A DNA stretch of 64,000 nucleotides, from the NCBI GenBank assembly GCA_963664195.1, contig OY760907.1, forward strand, positions 1,408,001-1,472,000. The letters are read 5' to 3'. The position numbers and the translations under genes are program-made. The DNA is from an uncultured candidate division Zixibacteria bacterium (GTDB lineage: Bacteria > Zixibacteria > MSB-5A5 > GN15 > FEB-12). The stretch's first letter is position 1; each line of letters starts with the position of its first letter. This document shows positions 18,328 through 28,602 of the stretch, one piece after another. Under the pieces are notes generated by a model. It made no database searches, was not told where the DNA came from, and saw only the letters and a list, made by a program, of their open reading frames with translations.

Positions 18328-21300
18328 ATGACAAAGAAGGTACTAACGATTTTAGTCCTTACTGCGCTGCTGTCCATGGGGCTGACAATGTCAGTATTCT
18401 CGAAGTCCCTTGAGGCTTCCGGAAACCGGACTTCCGCCGTTGATCGGATGGCGATGTTCCCGACCATGGAAAAAGTAGCAGTCACTGATCCTGATCAGTT
18501 GACCCCGAAGAATCCCGCCGAAGAGAAGCTTCGCTGGATTCCGCTTGGTGCGGCTATGTCCAAAGCCCCTGGCTTCGGTGAAGTCGTTGACCACACCTAC
18601 GATGATTACCAGTGGCAGGATGAGGTCAATGACCACGTCGCCGTCACTCAGGGCACCGGCATGGCCGATGTCCATTTCGTTTACATGGATGCTCCGGACA
18701 CTGACTCCGGCACCGTGAGACGCGGTGGATACAACGTCTATGACGCCACCGACGGCTCCTGGCCGCAGACTCAGGATATCGGTTGCTTGTTGCAGGCTTC
18801 CGGTGACAACGGCGGCGGCTCCGCGGGCATCGACGTATTCCCCGACGGTCTCGTTGTTATGACCGCTTTTGACTCCGAAGGTGAACCGGTCATCGGCGAC
18901 CATACCTTCTACTATCAGGAGTTCCCGCACGACTGTAACTGGCTGACCAACTACGTGCCGCAGGCGACCTACACCGCCGTCACCGGCTGGGCCGATCCGG
19001 ACTCCACCGGTTTTGTGCTTCCGTCGATCGCCACGCAGATGAACGGTACCGACAAGATCACCCACGTATTCGGTTGTGAAAACGGCCGTACCGGTAGCCT
19101 CGACGGCCAGGCGTGGGGTGCTGTGCAGCTGTTCTACTTCCGCAAGGTCGGTGATCTTGACGCCGGTTCTTGGACCAATGGCGCCCTGATTGACTCCGTT
19201 CTTCTCTGGGCCGGTCACAAAATCGTTGCCAACCAGAATACCGGCGATGTGGCTGTCTTGTACAACCACCTTTCCGCAACTGGTATCTCCATGGGGAACT
19301 GGATTGACCACGACCTGTACATCCGCGAGTCCTCCGACTACGGTGTGACCTGGGGTCCCAAGACCAACGTCACTCAATTCGTGCATGACGGTACAGAGAC
19401 CGCTGTGACTTACTCCTGTTCCTCCGGCGAAGACATCGACGCCATTTACGACTCAAACAATGACCTGCACGTTGTCTTCACGGCTATGCCGATCCCAATT
19501 GATCCGTATGACGCGCGCACTCTGTTTGATGAGTGGGGTGACTTCAACTGTGATCTGCTTCACTGGTCCCGTACCGTTGCCGGCCCCAATGCCGGTGGTA
19601 CGATCGTGAAGGTTGCCGACGGTTCTTACGACCCGACTGCATGGGATGCGTTCGACTGGAACGTTTACGTTTGCGGTTTTGGCCCGAACACGTTCGATGC
19701 TCAGTACATCACCAATCCGCAGCTTGCCCAGTGCGATGGTCATTTGTACACGGTTTGGGGCCAGATGAACTCCAAGCTTGGCCATTTCGACCCGCTGGTC
19801 GATACGACCTTTGCAGACTCTATTCTCGGTCACGCCATGGATTGCCAGGGTGAGCGTCTGAACGACAACCGCGCTGATGCCAACTGGGAAATCTTCGTCA
19901 GTGTTTCTACCGGCCTCAACGGTCTCCTTTGGGACCCGGCACGTAACCTGACCAATACGGCCACTGACACTTGCTGGCCGGATTCCGGTCGCCCGTGTGG
20001 TGATGAGTATGCGGTTTCTATGTCCGCCCAGCCGATCCAGCAGACCGGCGGTCTCGTCTTCCCGGCGAACGAAGTTGTCCCGGGCGGCGGCACCTATGCT
20101 GGCGACAAGTGGCTGAACCTGACCTACATTGATGATGAATACCCGTCAGCCTGGTGGGTCGGCGACGATGGTGGCCTGGAGTATCCGGCCAGCTTCAACG
20201 CTGTCCGCTGGCTGCGTATGGCCTGTGTACCGCAGGTTGGCAAGGCCATCATCGAAGTTGACCAGGGCGATCTCGTATGGCCGTATCATATGCTGTACGC
20301 CGATGGTGCTGCTGACTACACGGTCACCGTGACCAACTCCGGCAACCTCGATCTGGATGTCTCCAGCATCGTTGTCAACGAGACCGGCGCCGCCACTGGT
20401 TGGCTGAGTACTTCCGTTTCCGACATGACGGTCCCGGCCGGTGTGGGTAACACCTCCACCTTTACGATGACCCTTGATCCGTCCGGTCTTTCCGGCCCGC
20501 AGTGGCTGACCGGTACTGTGACGATCAACTCCAACGCTGACAACAACCCGATCTACATCATCAGCATTAACATTCTTGTTGCTGACGAGGTCGAGCAGTT
20601 TGCGTTTGATACGGTTGCTACTTCCACCGCCTGGGATTCCAAGGGCGCTCGTGGCCTCGGTGACAATGTCGCTCTGACCGTTAGCAACTTTGGTGAACTC
20701 GGCAACGGTGGCGAGGGCGGCGTGAACCTGGACTTCACGGTTGATGGCGGCGACTGCAACGCCGACGCCACGGTCTATCTGTTCTCTTCCTCGCCGTTCA
20801 TCCTGGAATACGACGGTGCCAACACCGCCATCACGACCTCCCTGTATCGTGACAACCAGGCCGACGCCTGCAGCTTTGATCCGTATCCGGAAATTCCGGC
20901 CACCGCTGGCTGCATCGGCACCGACTATTGCTTTGTTTCGACTGGTACTATGGTTTCCCGCGACTCCACACTCGGCATGATGCGCCGTGTGATTGCTCCG
21001 GATAACAATCCGGGTAACCCGAGCTTTGTGGTTGTTGAGACCAAGCTGTATGCTCGTGACGGCATGGCCCACACCGGTATCACTGTCGGTGATGCCACCG
21101 ACTGGGATGTTCCGTCCGACGACGGCTCTGATAACATTTCTGGCGGTACCACCCCGTCCGGCACCGGCGGCATGTTCCTGTATCTGCAGGGCTCCGACAC
21201 GACCGGCTCGGAATCCTGTCAGCCCAACACCAATCGTTACGCTGCTCAGGCCATGCTCGGCTGGTACACCAATGCCGAGTTCAATGCCGACGAAGAATCC

Positions 21301-21849
21301 AACAACCTGGCCTTCCATAGTGCCCAGGGCGTTGAAGTCCGTGATTATTTCGATGATCCGGATGGCGAGTACGAGCCGGATGCCGATCTGTGGCGCACTA
21401 CCGTGGCCACCAGTGGCGTGACCGGTCAGGGTACGCTGGGCGACCAGGGTTCCTACTTCACGTACATATACGACTATACACTCGGTGCCAACGACACGCT
21501 GACCTTCTACACGCTGATGGCGACCCTTCGTAACGGTTCGCTGGACGACCTGAAGGCCAATGTTGAAGACGCCAGAGATTGGTATTGGGAGTACGTCCGC
21601 GGCTTCGGCAGCAGCACCTGCTGTACAGGCCCGTCTGTGGGTAACGTCGACGGTTCCGCTGACAACTTCGTGACGATGGGTGACCTTACGGTCCTTATCG
21701 ACCACCTGTTTATCAGCCTCGCTCCGCTGGATTGTGTTGCTGAAGGTAACGTGGATATGTCTACTGACGGGTTTGTGACGATGGGTGACCTTACGGTCCT
21801 TATCGACCACCTGTTCATCAGCCTCAATCCGCTCCCGCCGTGTCCGTAA
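18328..21849 (+). CDS. Large secreted protein with Asp-box/beta-propeller-like region, Ig-like domain and C-terminal Cys-flanked dockerin
   Basis: Signal peptide, Asp-box ESSDYGVTW, Ig-like VTVTNSGNLDL...WLSTS. C-terminus CCTGPSVGNVDGS...VTMGDLTVLIDHLF (twice)...LPPCP. Strongly biased codon usage. Confidence 0.85.
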   Translation: MTKKVLTILVLTALLSMGLTMSVFSKSLEASGNRTSAVDRMAMFPTMEKVAVTDPDQLTPKNPAEEKLRWIPLGAAMSKAPGFGEVVDHTYDDYQWQDEVNDHVAVTQGTGMADVHFVYMDAPDTDSGTVRRGGYNVYDATDGSWPQTQDIGCLLQASGDNGGGSAGIDVFPDGLVVMTAFDSEGEPVIGDHTFYYQEFPHDCNWLTNYVPQATYTAVTGWADPDSTGFVLPSIATQMNGTDKITHVFGCENGRTGSLDGQAWGAVQLFYFRKVGDLDAGSWTNGALIDSVLLWAGHKIVANQNTGDVAVLYNHLSATGISMGNWIDHDLYIRESSDYGVTWGPKTNVTQFVHDGTETAVTYSCSSGEDIDAIYDSNNDLHVVFTAMPIPIDPYDARTLFDEWGDFNCDLLHWSRTVAGPNAGGTIVKVADGSYDPTAWDAFDWNVYVCGFGPNTFDAQYITNPQLAQCDGHLYTVWGQMNSKLGHFDPLVDTTFADSILGHAMDCQGERLNDNRADANWEIFVSVSTGLNGLLWDPARNLTNTATDTCWPDSGRPCGDEYAVSMSAQPIQQTGGLVFPANEVVPGGGTYAGDKWLNLTYIDDEYPSAWWVGDDGGLEYPASFNAVRWLRMACVPQVGKAIIEVDQGDLVWPYHMLYADGAADYTVTVTNSGNLDLDVSSIVVNETGAATGWLSTSVSDMTVPAGVGNTSTFTMTLDPSGLSGPQWLTGTVTINSNADNNPIYIISINILVADEVEQFAFDTVATSTAWDSKGARGLGDNVALTVSNFGELGNGGEGGVNLDFTVDGGDCNADATVYLFSSSPFILEYDGANTAITTSLYRDNQADACSFDPYPEIPATAGCIGTDYCFVSTGTMVSRDSTLGMMRRVIAPDNNPGNPSFVVVETKLYARDGMAHTGITVGDATDWDVPSDDGSDNISGGTTPSGTGGMFLYLQGSDTTGSESCQPNTNRYAAQAMLGWYTNAEFNADEESNNLAFHSAQGVEVRDYFDDPDGEYEPDADLWRTTVATSGVTGQGTLGDQGSYFTYIYDYTLGANDTLTFYTLMATLRNGSLDDLKANVEDARDWYWEYVRGFGSSTCCTGPSVGNVDGSADNFVTMGDLTVLIDHLFISLAPLDCVAEGNVDMSTDGFVTMGDLTVLIDHLFISLNPLPPCP

Positions 21850-21897
21850 TCGACGGTTGGATATGACTTGACACTGGTTGTCAGGTCTTGATTATTC

Positions 21898-21933
21898 GGG
21901 CGGTCACTCTCGCGGGGGTGGCCGCCTTTTCTT
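21898..21933 (+). terminator. Rho-independent terminator
   Basis: GGGCGGTCACTCTC-gcg-GGGGTGGCCGCC followed by TTTTCTT. Confidence 0.75.
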
Positions 21934-22113
21934 AGAGTGTGAGAAATTCGGAGAAGGCTGATACACCCGGATTGCGGCGTTATCAGCGGGTTGACGGGTA
22001 GTGTGACGAGATTTCGCGGCGTGCGATCATAATTACCATGTGCTGCACCACTAAGGTGCGAGGCAACTTGGCCTTATGGCGGTTTTTTGGTTGACAAACT
22101 TTTCAATTTTCTG

Positions 22114-22142
22114 TTGACTGAATGGCTTCGAAGCAGTATTCT
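22114..22142 (+). promoter_or_regulatory. Sigma-70-type promoter candidate
   Basis: TTGACT-17 nt-TATTCT upstream of CDS 22301. Confidence 0.55.
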
Positions 22143-22300
22143 TTTTTTACGAAAGAATGGCTGAAAAATACAGGTATCGAGTCGTAGTTTGCTCGGCTGT
22201 CCGGGTTGGGAGGTGAGACTGGAACAAATTTGTTAATGTTTTTCTTTTATGGATTGATAACACTGATGATGTAATTTCTAGAACGGAGGCTCATTTAGAC

Positions 22301-23158
22301 ATGAAAGCCAAATTTATCATAGCCCTAATCGCCGTCGTACTGATGGCCATGCCGGTTTTCTCACAGGATGCCGGTGAAGTTGATTCCATGTTTCTGCAGG
22401 CGTCGGTGACTCCTGACTTGGTTGCCGGTGACTCTCTACTTGCGCTGGACCTGTACCTTTGGAACGATGCCAACGATCTGGCTGGCGTTTCTGCCGGATT
22501 CACCTGGGACTTTCCCGGTCTGAAGCTTGACTCCGCGGCATTGACCACGACTGGCGCCACTGCGTTTAATTATCCGTTGCAGTTCTACTATTACAAGAAC
22601 AGTTTGGATTCGTCAAATGCCTACCGGTTGTTCCAGCTTTCCGCCACCAGGCTGTCGGGCGACGGTTTGCCGCAGTCTTCAGTAGCGAAGCACGTGGCCA
22701 CGTTCTACTTCCATGTCGAGGCCATGACGTATCAGACGGATGCGATCACGTTTGACACTATCCAGTTTGGCGGTACCTACTTCCAGTTTACTCCCCTGCC
22801 GGGCAGTGCTTACTTCGTTGCCTACAGGGAGCTGGCCCCCATCATGGATGCTTCGGATGTGGACCCGAGCAACAACAACTTGCCGAAAGAGTTTGCGCTG
22901 AATCAGAACTATCCAAACCCGTTCAACCCGGCCACGACTGTTGAGTACGCCGTCCCGATTGCTTCGCATATCGACGTCTCAGTGTTCAACGTTCTGGGTC
23001 AGAAGGTAACGACACTTGTCAACGAAGATAAGGCCGCTGGCATCTACGACGTTCAGTGGGATACGCAGAAGAGCAATGCCGCCTCCGGTATCTACTTCTA
23101 CAGACTCACCGCTGACGACAAGGTTCTTGACACCAAGAAGATGATGCTGCTCAAGTAA
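22301..23158 (+). CDS. Single cohesin-like domain plus T9SS-type/FlgD-Ig C-terminal domain protein
   Basis: GGAGG RBS, signal peptide ending VFSQ, cohesin-like GDSLLALDLYLWND...GVSAGFTWD, C-terminus NYPNPFNP...KMMLLK. Confidence 0.8.
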   Translation: MKAKFIIALIAVVLMAMPVFSQDAGEVDSMFLQASVTPDLVAGDSLLALDLYLWNDANDLAGVSAGFTWDFPGLKLDSAALTTTGATAFNYPLQFYYYKNSLDSSNAYRLFQLSATRLSGDGLPQSSVAKHVATFYFHVEAMTYQTDAITFDTIQFGGTYFQFTPLPGSAYFVAYRELAPIMDASDVDPSNNNLPKEFALNQNYPNPFNPATTVEYAVPIASHIDVSVFNVLGQKVTTLVNEDKAAGIYDVQWDTQKSNAASGIYFYRLTADDKVLDTKKMMLLK

Positions 23159-23175
23159 GCAGTTTCGATTTCGCA

Positions 23176-23208
23176 AGACCCCCTGCCTGCGGGCGGGGGG
23201 TTTTTCTT
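23176..23208 (+). terminator. Rho-independent terminator
   Basis: AGACCCCCTGCC-tgcg-GGCGGGGGGTTT followed by TTCTT. Confidence 0.8.
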
Positions 23209-23286
23209 ATGCCGCCCGCCGACCGGGCCCTCAAGACCGAATCTGACTTTCAACCGATTGAACGTAAACAGGTTAGACGATTTCTG

Positions 23287-23315
23287 TTGACATGGCAGGG
23301 CCAAAATCGTATCGT
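23287..23315 (+). promoter_or_regulatory. Sigma-70-type promoter candidate
   Basis: TTGACA-17 nt-TATCGT. An IHF-like TAAGTACTTGA follows at 23345. Confidence 0.5.
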
Positions 23316-23370
23316 ATAGGTTACTCTAATGTCGGCGATTTTTGTAAGTACTTGAACGACAAGGATTTAT

Positions 23371-25581
23371 ATGTTAGGGGTCATCGGTAACAAGTTCTCT
23401 ATCGGAAAAGAAACCTACCAGCCTTATGCTGCTGAACTCCACTATTTTCGCGTGGAAAAACGGTACTGGTCCATCTGCTTCGAGCGGATCAAGCGGGCCG
23501 GTTTTCGAATCATTGCAACGACGGTACCGTGGAACGTTCACCAGGATGCTGCGAAGAATGTTGATTTCTCCGGTTTCGATGATCCCCGCCGGGATCTGAT
23601 TGTCTTCCTTGAGCTGGCCCGCGAGTTCGGATTCAAGGTTATTCTGCGCCCCGGTCCCTGGGTTGCCGGTCAGGTGGCTTTCGGTGGTTTGCCGAAAAGT
23701 CTGTTCAACGACATCAAGGTGTTTGCCCGTGATTCAAAGGGGCAGGAAGTCGCGTTGCCGGATGAGCATGGCGTCAAGGGTGGTTACCTGGCATCTTACA
23801 TGCACCGCAATTTCCAGTTCCACTTGAGAAACTATTTCAAGGCATTCATCGAGACCACGAAAAACTACATCCACCCGCGTGGCCCGGTTTTCATGATCGA
23901 GCTTGACTCAGAGACTTCCTTTGCGCGGATGCTTGATCCTGACAGGGCTGATTACAACCCCGATGTTCTTGCTGACTACTACCCGCCGTTCCTGATGACC
24001 CGTTACGAGGACATCAAGAAGCTGAATCAGGCTTACAAGGAAAAGAATGCTGACTTTGATGCGGTGGAGCCGCCGCGTAACTTCAAAGACCTCGATTTGA
24101 AGGACTATCCCAAAGTCTTGGACTGGTTTCATTTCCGGGAATACCTGCTGAATGAGTATCTTGCGGTACTTGAAGACATTTTTAAGTCGTATACGGTAGA
24201 GCCGTTGTTCTTCAGGTCGTTATATTTCAAATCCGGTGATCTTCTTCCGGCCTTCAATCTTGTGCCCGAAGACCGTGCGCCATTCCTCGGCGCCAACGTG
24301 TTTCCGGAGGGTAGTTACTTTGATTTGGCCAACAAGGCCCGCTTCCTGAAGTCCGAATACGGTTTTGCATTTGCCACTTCCTTCTATTCCGGAGTAGCCG
24401 CCTCCGATCCTGAGCGCGAAGAGAAAATCGCTCCGGTCACGAACAACCAACGACGTTTCTATCTCACTGCCGGTCTGGCCAACGGTTACAAGGGGCTGAA
24501 CCACTACATGTTTGTGGACCGGGATCACTGGTATGGTGCACCGCTTCGAGCTGACGGTACCGTTACCCCGGGTTACGAGATTGTTCGCAACTTCAATCAG
24601 GCCGTTTCGACTATCGGGTATGAGGACATGGATTTCCAGCCGGAAATTGCAGTGGTTGGCAACCGTCTCTATTACTGGTTGCGGGAGACCTCGGCGACAA
24701 AGGAACTTCAATATGTCCAGCGCTTGCTCGACGAAACAACAGTTGGTTTCTGTCGCGATCTGGCTCGTTTGAGGCTCGAATACGGTATTCGGGAGAATCG
24801 CGATTATGCCTCCATGACGAAATACAAGCTCGTGTTTGTACCTTCGACAGAGATCATGTCCGAGCGTGATCAAGAGGCGTTAGTTGAGCTGGCCAAGGCC
24901 GGTGTGTCGATTATCATGTCCGGCGTGATGCCGAAGTATGATGAAAACCTCAAGGATTGCCAGGTTCTTGCCAACCATTTCAGGATAAAAACGACTGCCG
25001 ACTATAAGATTGCCTCGATCGAAACCAAGTCGGGCGATTTCCCGTGTTATATGTATGGTTCCATTCGCACCAGTGACGACGCCAAGACCCGCAAGTTGGC
25101 CACAGCCGACGGCAACAAGCTGGTAGGTGTTTGCTCGACGCGATTCAAGGGCAGCCTCTATTTCTTTGGTTTCGACTTCACGTCAGGCGGAAATCATCAC
25201 AAACTCGCCTTTGTCGAGTCTATCGTGCACTCGATTATGGAGCCGTCGCAAATGTACTGCAGCGACCCGTCGGTGTCTGTCTCATTCCAGATGGGTGACA
25301 AGAAGGGGCTTCTCTTTGTAGTTGTACCGCCGCCGGGAGAACTGTCAGACGGTTTGGAGGTTTCCAGCAAGCAGGTGATTATCAGGGCAGATCTGAGGTC
25401 CTCCGGCTTCAGCGCTGCCAAAATCAGGCTGACGAATATTCTAGAGACCCCGCCGGAACCGCCTGAAGAAGGCGAACCGATTGATGTTTCTATCAAGACG
25501 ACAGCCAAGGATCTTCGTATCGGTATTCCGCTTGATGTGGATTATCCGGATGGCTGTATCTTCCTGGTTGAAAAGCGCTAA
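23371..25581 (+). CDS. GH35/GH42 beta-galactosidase-like protein (cytoplasmic, possibly non-catalytic)
   Basis: AELHYFRV...W...IKRAGF...VPWNVH, VILRPGPW, GGLP and GPVFMIELDSE motifs, a GH42-like trimerisation region, and no signal peptide. Confidence 0.8.
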   Translation: MLGVIGNKFSIGKETYQPYAAELHYFRVEKRYWSICFERIKRAGFRIIATTVPWNVHQDAAKNVDFSGFDDPRRDLIVFLELAREFGFKVILRPGPWVAGQVAFGGLPKSLFNDIKVFARDSKGQEVALPDEHGVKGGYLASYMHRNFQFHLRNYFKAFIETTKNYIHPRGPVFMIELDSETSFARMLDPDRADYNPDVLADYYPPFLMTRYEDIKKLNQAYKEKNADFDAVEPPRNFKDLDLKDYPKVLDWFHFREYLLNEYLAVLEDIFKSYTVEPLFFRSLYFKSGDLLPAFNLVPEDRAPFLGANVFPEGSYFDLANKARFLKSEYGFAFATSFYSGVAASDPEREEKIAPVTNNQRRFYLTAGLANGYKGLNHYMFVDRDHWYGAPLRADGTVTPGYEIVRNFNQAVSTIGYEDMDFQPEIAVVGNRLYYWLRETSATKELQYVQRLLDETTVGFCRDLARLRLEYGIRENRDYASMTKYKLVFVPSTEIMSERDQEALVELAKAGVSIIMSGVMPKYDENLKDCQVLANHFRIKTTADYKIASIETKSGDFPCYMYGSIRTSDDAKTRKLATADGNKLVGVCSTRFKGSLYFFGFDFTSGGNHHKLAFVESIVHSIMEPSQMYCSDPSVSVSFQMGDKKGLLFVVVPPPGELSDGLEVSSKQVIIRADLRSSGFSAAKIRLTNILETPPEPPEEGEPIDVSIKTTAKDLRIGIPLDVDYPDGCIFLVEKR

Positions 25582-25609
25582 GTCTCAAAAAGGTCTCACA
25601 GGGGGACGC

Positions 25610-27340
25610 ATGATTCTCTCACGCCCCATTGAATCGGCTGTGCTTCGGGGACGGCCGTTCGTTTCTATCTTTGTTCTGGCCTCGGTTGTGCTGGCACTGT
25701 TTGCTTCGTGCGATAGCATTCACACGACCACCTTCTACAGTCACGGTGTTGTTGCCTCGGCCTCGCCTCTGGCTTCGAAAGTAGGTGAAGAAGTATTCCG
25801 CCAGGGCGGCAATGCCTACGATGCGGCTGTTGCAGTCGGCTTTGCCCTTGCGGTCACCTACCCACAGGCGGGCAACATAGGGGGGGGCGGTTTTGCCGTG
25901 ATGCGTGACGCGGAGAACGGCGAAGTTACCTCACTCGATTTCAGGGAGAAAGCTCCCATTGGCGCCACCGAGACGATGTATCTCGACGATTCCGGCAAAG
26001 TCATTCCTGATCGTTCGACCTACGGCGTTCTTGCTGCGGGTGTTCCGGGGACGGTTGCCGGCCTGCACGAGATCTGGGAAAAGTACGGTACGCTGCCCTG
26101 GGAGGATCTGGTAGGCTACGCAGCTCGCCTGGCTGACTCCGGTTTTGCCGTCGACAGCAGTCTGGCATCAAAACTTGCGGAATCTCGGAAGAAATTGACC
26201 GGATTTGAGTCGACCGCCGCTGTCTTCTATCCTGGAGGACAAACGCTTAGGGTAGGCGACAAGTTGCTGCTCAAAGATCTCGCCGTAACCCTGTACGCCA
26301 TCGCTGCCGAGGGGCCGGATGTCTTCTATACCGGCCAGGTGGCAGAGAAAATTGTGGCGACCTCGGCTGAGTACGGCGGTCTGATTGCGGCGGAAGATCT
26401 GGCAGAGTATCAACCGGTATGGCGAGATCCTGTCCGGTTCACGTTCGACTCCCTCGAAATCTACAGCATGCCTGCTCCGAGTTCGGGCGGTGTCATTCTC
26501 GGCCAGATTCTGAAACTGCTGGAGCCTTACGATTTTGCGCATTATTCCCCCGACGCGCCTTCGTACATTCACCTCTTTGCTGAGGCGTCGCGACTGGCTT
26601 ATGCCGATCGAGCGGTGCATCTTGGAGACCCCGATTACTACGATGTGCCTTCGAGCATGTTGGATTCATCGTATCTGGCGACCCGGCGGGCAACAATCAA
26701 TCTGGAAAATGCCGGTAACTCCAAAGATGTCGCCGCCGGAAACCCGGCTAAGTACGAATCCGATGAAACGACACATTTCTGTGTTTGTGACCACGAAGGC
26801 AACATGGTGTCGATCACGACCACCCTCAACGGCAACTTCGGCTCCAAACTCGTGGTAGGGGGGGCAGGGTTCCTGCTGAACAACGAGATGGATGATTTTT
26901 CGATCAAGCCGGGTTATCCGAACCAGTTTGGTCTGGTCGGAGCCGAGGCAAACAAGATTGAGCCCGGCAAGCGGATGTTATCCTCAATGTCTCCGACTGT
27001 CGTGCTTCTTCGCGGGAAGCCGTTTATGCTGCTTGGCGCGCCGGGCGGCTCCAAGATAATCACGACCGTGGCGCAGGCGATTCTTAACTTCACACGGTTT
27101 GGTATGACGTTGCCGGAGACGGTGGCCTATCCACGGTTCCATCATCAGTGGTTGCCGGACAGAGTTGATTTTGAGAAAGGCGCCTTTGATCCCGAAACCG
27201 TCAAGGCAGTCGAGGGCTACGGGCATGCGGTGAAAGACCGCCCCCCATATTCTGATCTTCAGATAGTCTTTATTGGGTCATCGGGGCTGATGGCAGGTGC
27301 TTCAGACCCCCGTGGGTGTGGCGCTGTCTGCGGCTACTGA
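25610..27340 (+). CDS. ggt: Gamma-glutamyltransferase (lipoprotein)
   Basis: GGNAYDAAVA, GNIGGGGF, DFREKAP, nucleophile motif ETTHF, LNNEMDDFS, PGKRMLSSMSP, GAPGGSKI, lipobox LFASC. Confidence 0.95.
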   Translation: MILSRPIESAVLRGRPFVSIFVLASVVLALFASCDSIHTTTFYSHGVVASASPLASKVGEEVFRQGGNAYDAAVAVGFALAVTYPQAGNIGGGGFAVMRDAENGEVTSLDFREKAPIGATETMYLDDSGKVIPDRSTYGVLAAGVPGTVAGLHEIWEKYGTLPWEDLVGYAARLADSGFAVDSSLASKLAESRKKLTGFESTAAVFYPGGQTLRVGDKLLLKDLAVTLYAIAAEGPDVFYTGQVAEKIVATSAEYGGLIAAEDLAEYQPVWRDPVRFTFDSLEIYSMPAPSSGGVILGQILKLLEPYDFAHYSPDAPSYIHLFAEASRLAYADRAVHLGDPDYYDVPSSMLDSSYLATRRATINLENAGNSKDVAAGNPAKYESDETTHFCVCDHEGNMVSITTTLNGNFGSKLVVGGAGFLLNNEMDDFSIKPGYPNQFGLVGAEANKIEPGKRMLSSMSPTVVLLRGKPFMLLGAPGGSKIITTVAQAILNFTRFGMTLPETVAYPRFHHQWLPDRVDFEKGAFDPETVKAVEGYGHAVKDRPPYSDLQIVFIGSSGLMAGASDPRGCGAVCGY

Positions 27341-28602
27341 GCAGGCGGGAAGTCAGTCCCTGGGGCTGCACCCGACTCCTTCCGACAATTCTTGATCCCC
27401 AGAATAATCGCTCCCGCCCCGGTAATCGCCACCAGCCAGAACAACCAGGCTCCCGCATAAGGGATGGCGTAGACCACCGACAGGATGGCCAGACCGATCA
27501 AGAGCGACATCGCTTTCAGACTCCTGACTCCCTTATTGCCCATGCGCATGATCATGTATCCCAGGACAAACCCCACCACAATCTTTCCGGAGTACAGCAT
27601 CACGCCGCCTGTAACGGAGGCGAAGCTGGAAATCGGGATCATCACCGTCGACAGGATCAGCACGAACGATCCTCCGAATGTGTGGCCTTCGCCGAGCAGA
27701 AGAGTGCCGATCAACATAGTTATGAGGCTCACCGCCAGCACTAGTATACACAGAATCAGAACGGCGATGCCGAGAAGGCCGGAGGCAAACGAGACTGAGG
27801 CGCGGCTGAAAAGCTGATGGACGGCTTCTTCGGCATAAGGACGGAACAGGCGAACCACTATAATACCGAAAAGAAACGCCGCCAGGACACCGGAGACCTC
27901 GACCGCTATCTGGGCCGCGATGTTAGGTTCTTCCTCGGACTGTTCCGGCAGCCTCCAGGTAACGTCCCCGACCACCGTGCCGCCTTCGAGTATCTTCAGG
28001 CTGGTGGAGTCTTCTGACACATAGACAAGATTGCCTCTAATGATCGCTGAGGGAGCGACTGTCACTCCTGCCGCCTCGACTGTTACGTCGCCTTCAATGA
28101 GTCCGGATATCCTGGCAGTTGCTGCCGCGCAGTCGACGTTTCCTTTGATGATGCCGTCGAAATGCATGTTGTTGCCGACCACGGCAACATCTCGTTCGAT
28201 CACTGCCCCCTTGTTCATGCTCATCTCGCTGCAGAATCCCAGGAGCGAATGACCGATTGAGCCGTTAATCGTGAGTCTTTCGCAGGCGGCACGAAGAGAA
28301 CCTTCGATTCGTCCGGAATGATTGAGTACGCGCCCTGCCAGGTTGGCCGAACCGCTGACCACGCCCGTAAGCTCGACATTGTAACAGCCGACGCTCAGGT
28401 CGCCGATGATGGTGCCGTCGACCGTGAGATTTTCGCAACCGATATAGATGTCGTCTTCAATTCGGTGCAGGTTGGTGATATGGATATCTTTGCCGCTGCG
28501 ATAGATAGACCCCTGCACGGAACTTCCGAATACGCAGCCGAGCACGAGGGCCGCTACGGCGATAGACAGTAATCTGTATGTAATCCTGGCTCGGGTATTC
28601 AT
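27334..28602 (-). CDS. Bactofilin/polymer-forming beta-helix repeats fused to a multi-pass membrane domain
   Basis: Signal peptide, repeated xxG(T/V)(I/V)xG(D/S/N)(L/V) beta-helix turns, then about five hydrophobic helices. Confidence 0.75.
   Translation of the reverse strand: MNTRARITYRLLSIAVAALVLGCVFGSSVQGSIYRSGKDIHITNLHRIEDDIYIGCENLTVDGTIIGDLSVGCYNVELTGVVSGSANLAGRVLNHSGRIEGSLRAACERLTINGSIGHSLLGFCSEMSMNKGAVIERDVAVVGNNMHFDGIIKGNVDCAAATARISGLIEGDVTVEAAGVTVAPSAIIRGNLVYVSEDSTSLKILEGGTVVGDVTWRLPEQSEEEPNIAAQIAVEVSGVLAAFLFGIIVVRLFRPYAEEAVHQLFSRASVSFASGLLGIAVLILCILVLAVSLITMLIGTLLLGEGHTFGGSFVLILSTVMIPISSFASVTGGVMLYSGKIVVGFVLGYMIMRMGNKGVRSLKAMSLLIGLAILSVVYAIPYAGAWLFWLVAITGAGAIILGIKNCRKESGAAPGTDFPPAQ

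Noticed and set aside
20146..21810. Long antisense ORFs (554 aa here; also 18391-19386, 8853-9827, 34620-35660, 40416-41405)
   Set aside because: Shadow frames opposite well-supported, codon-biased genes, with no motifs of their own.
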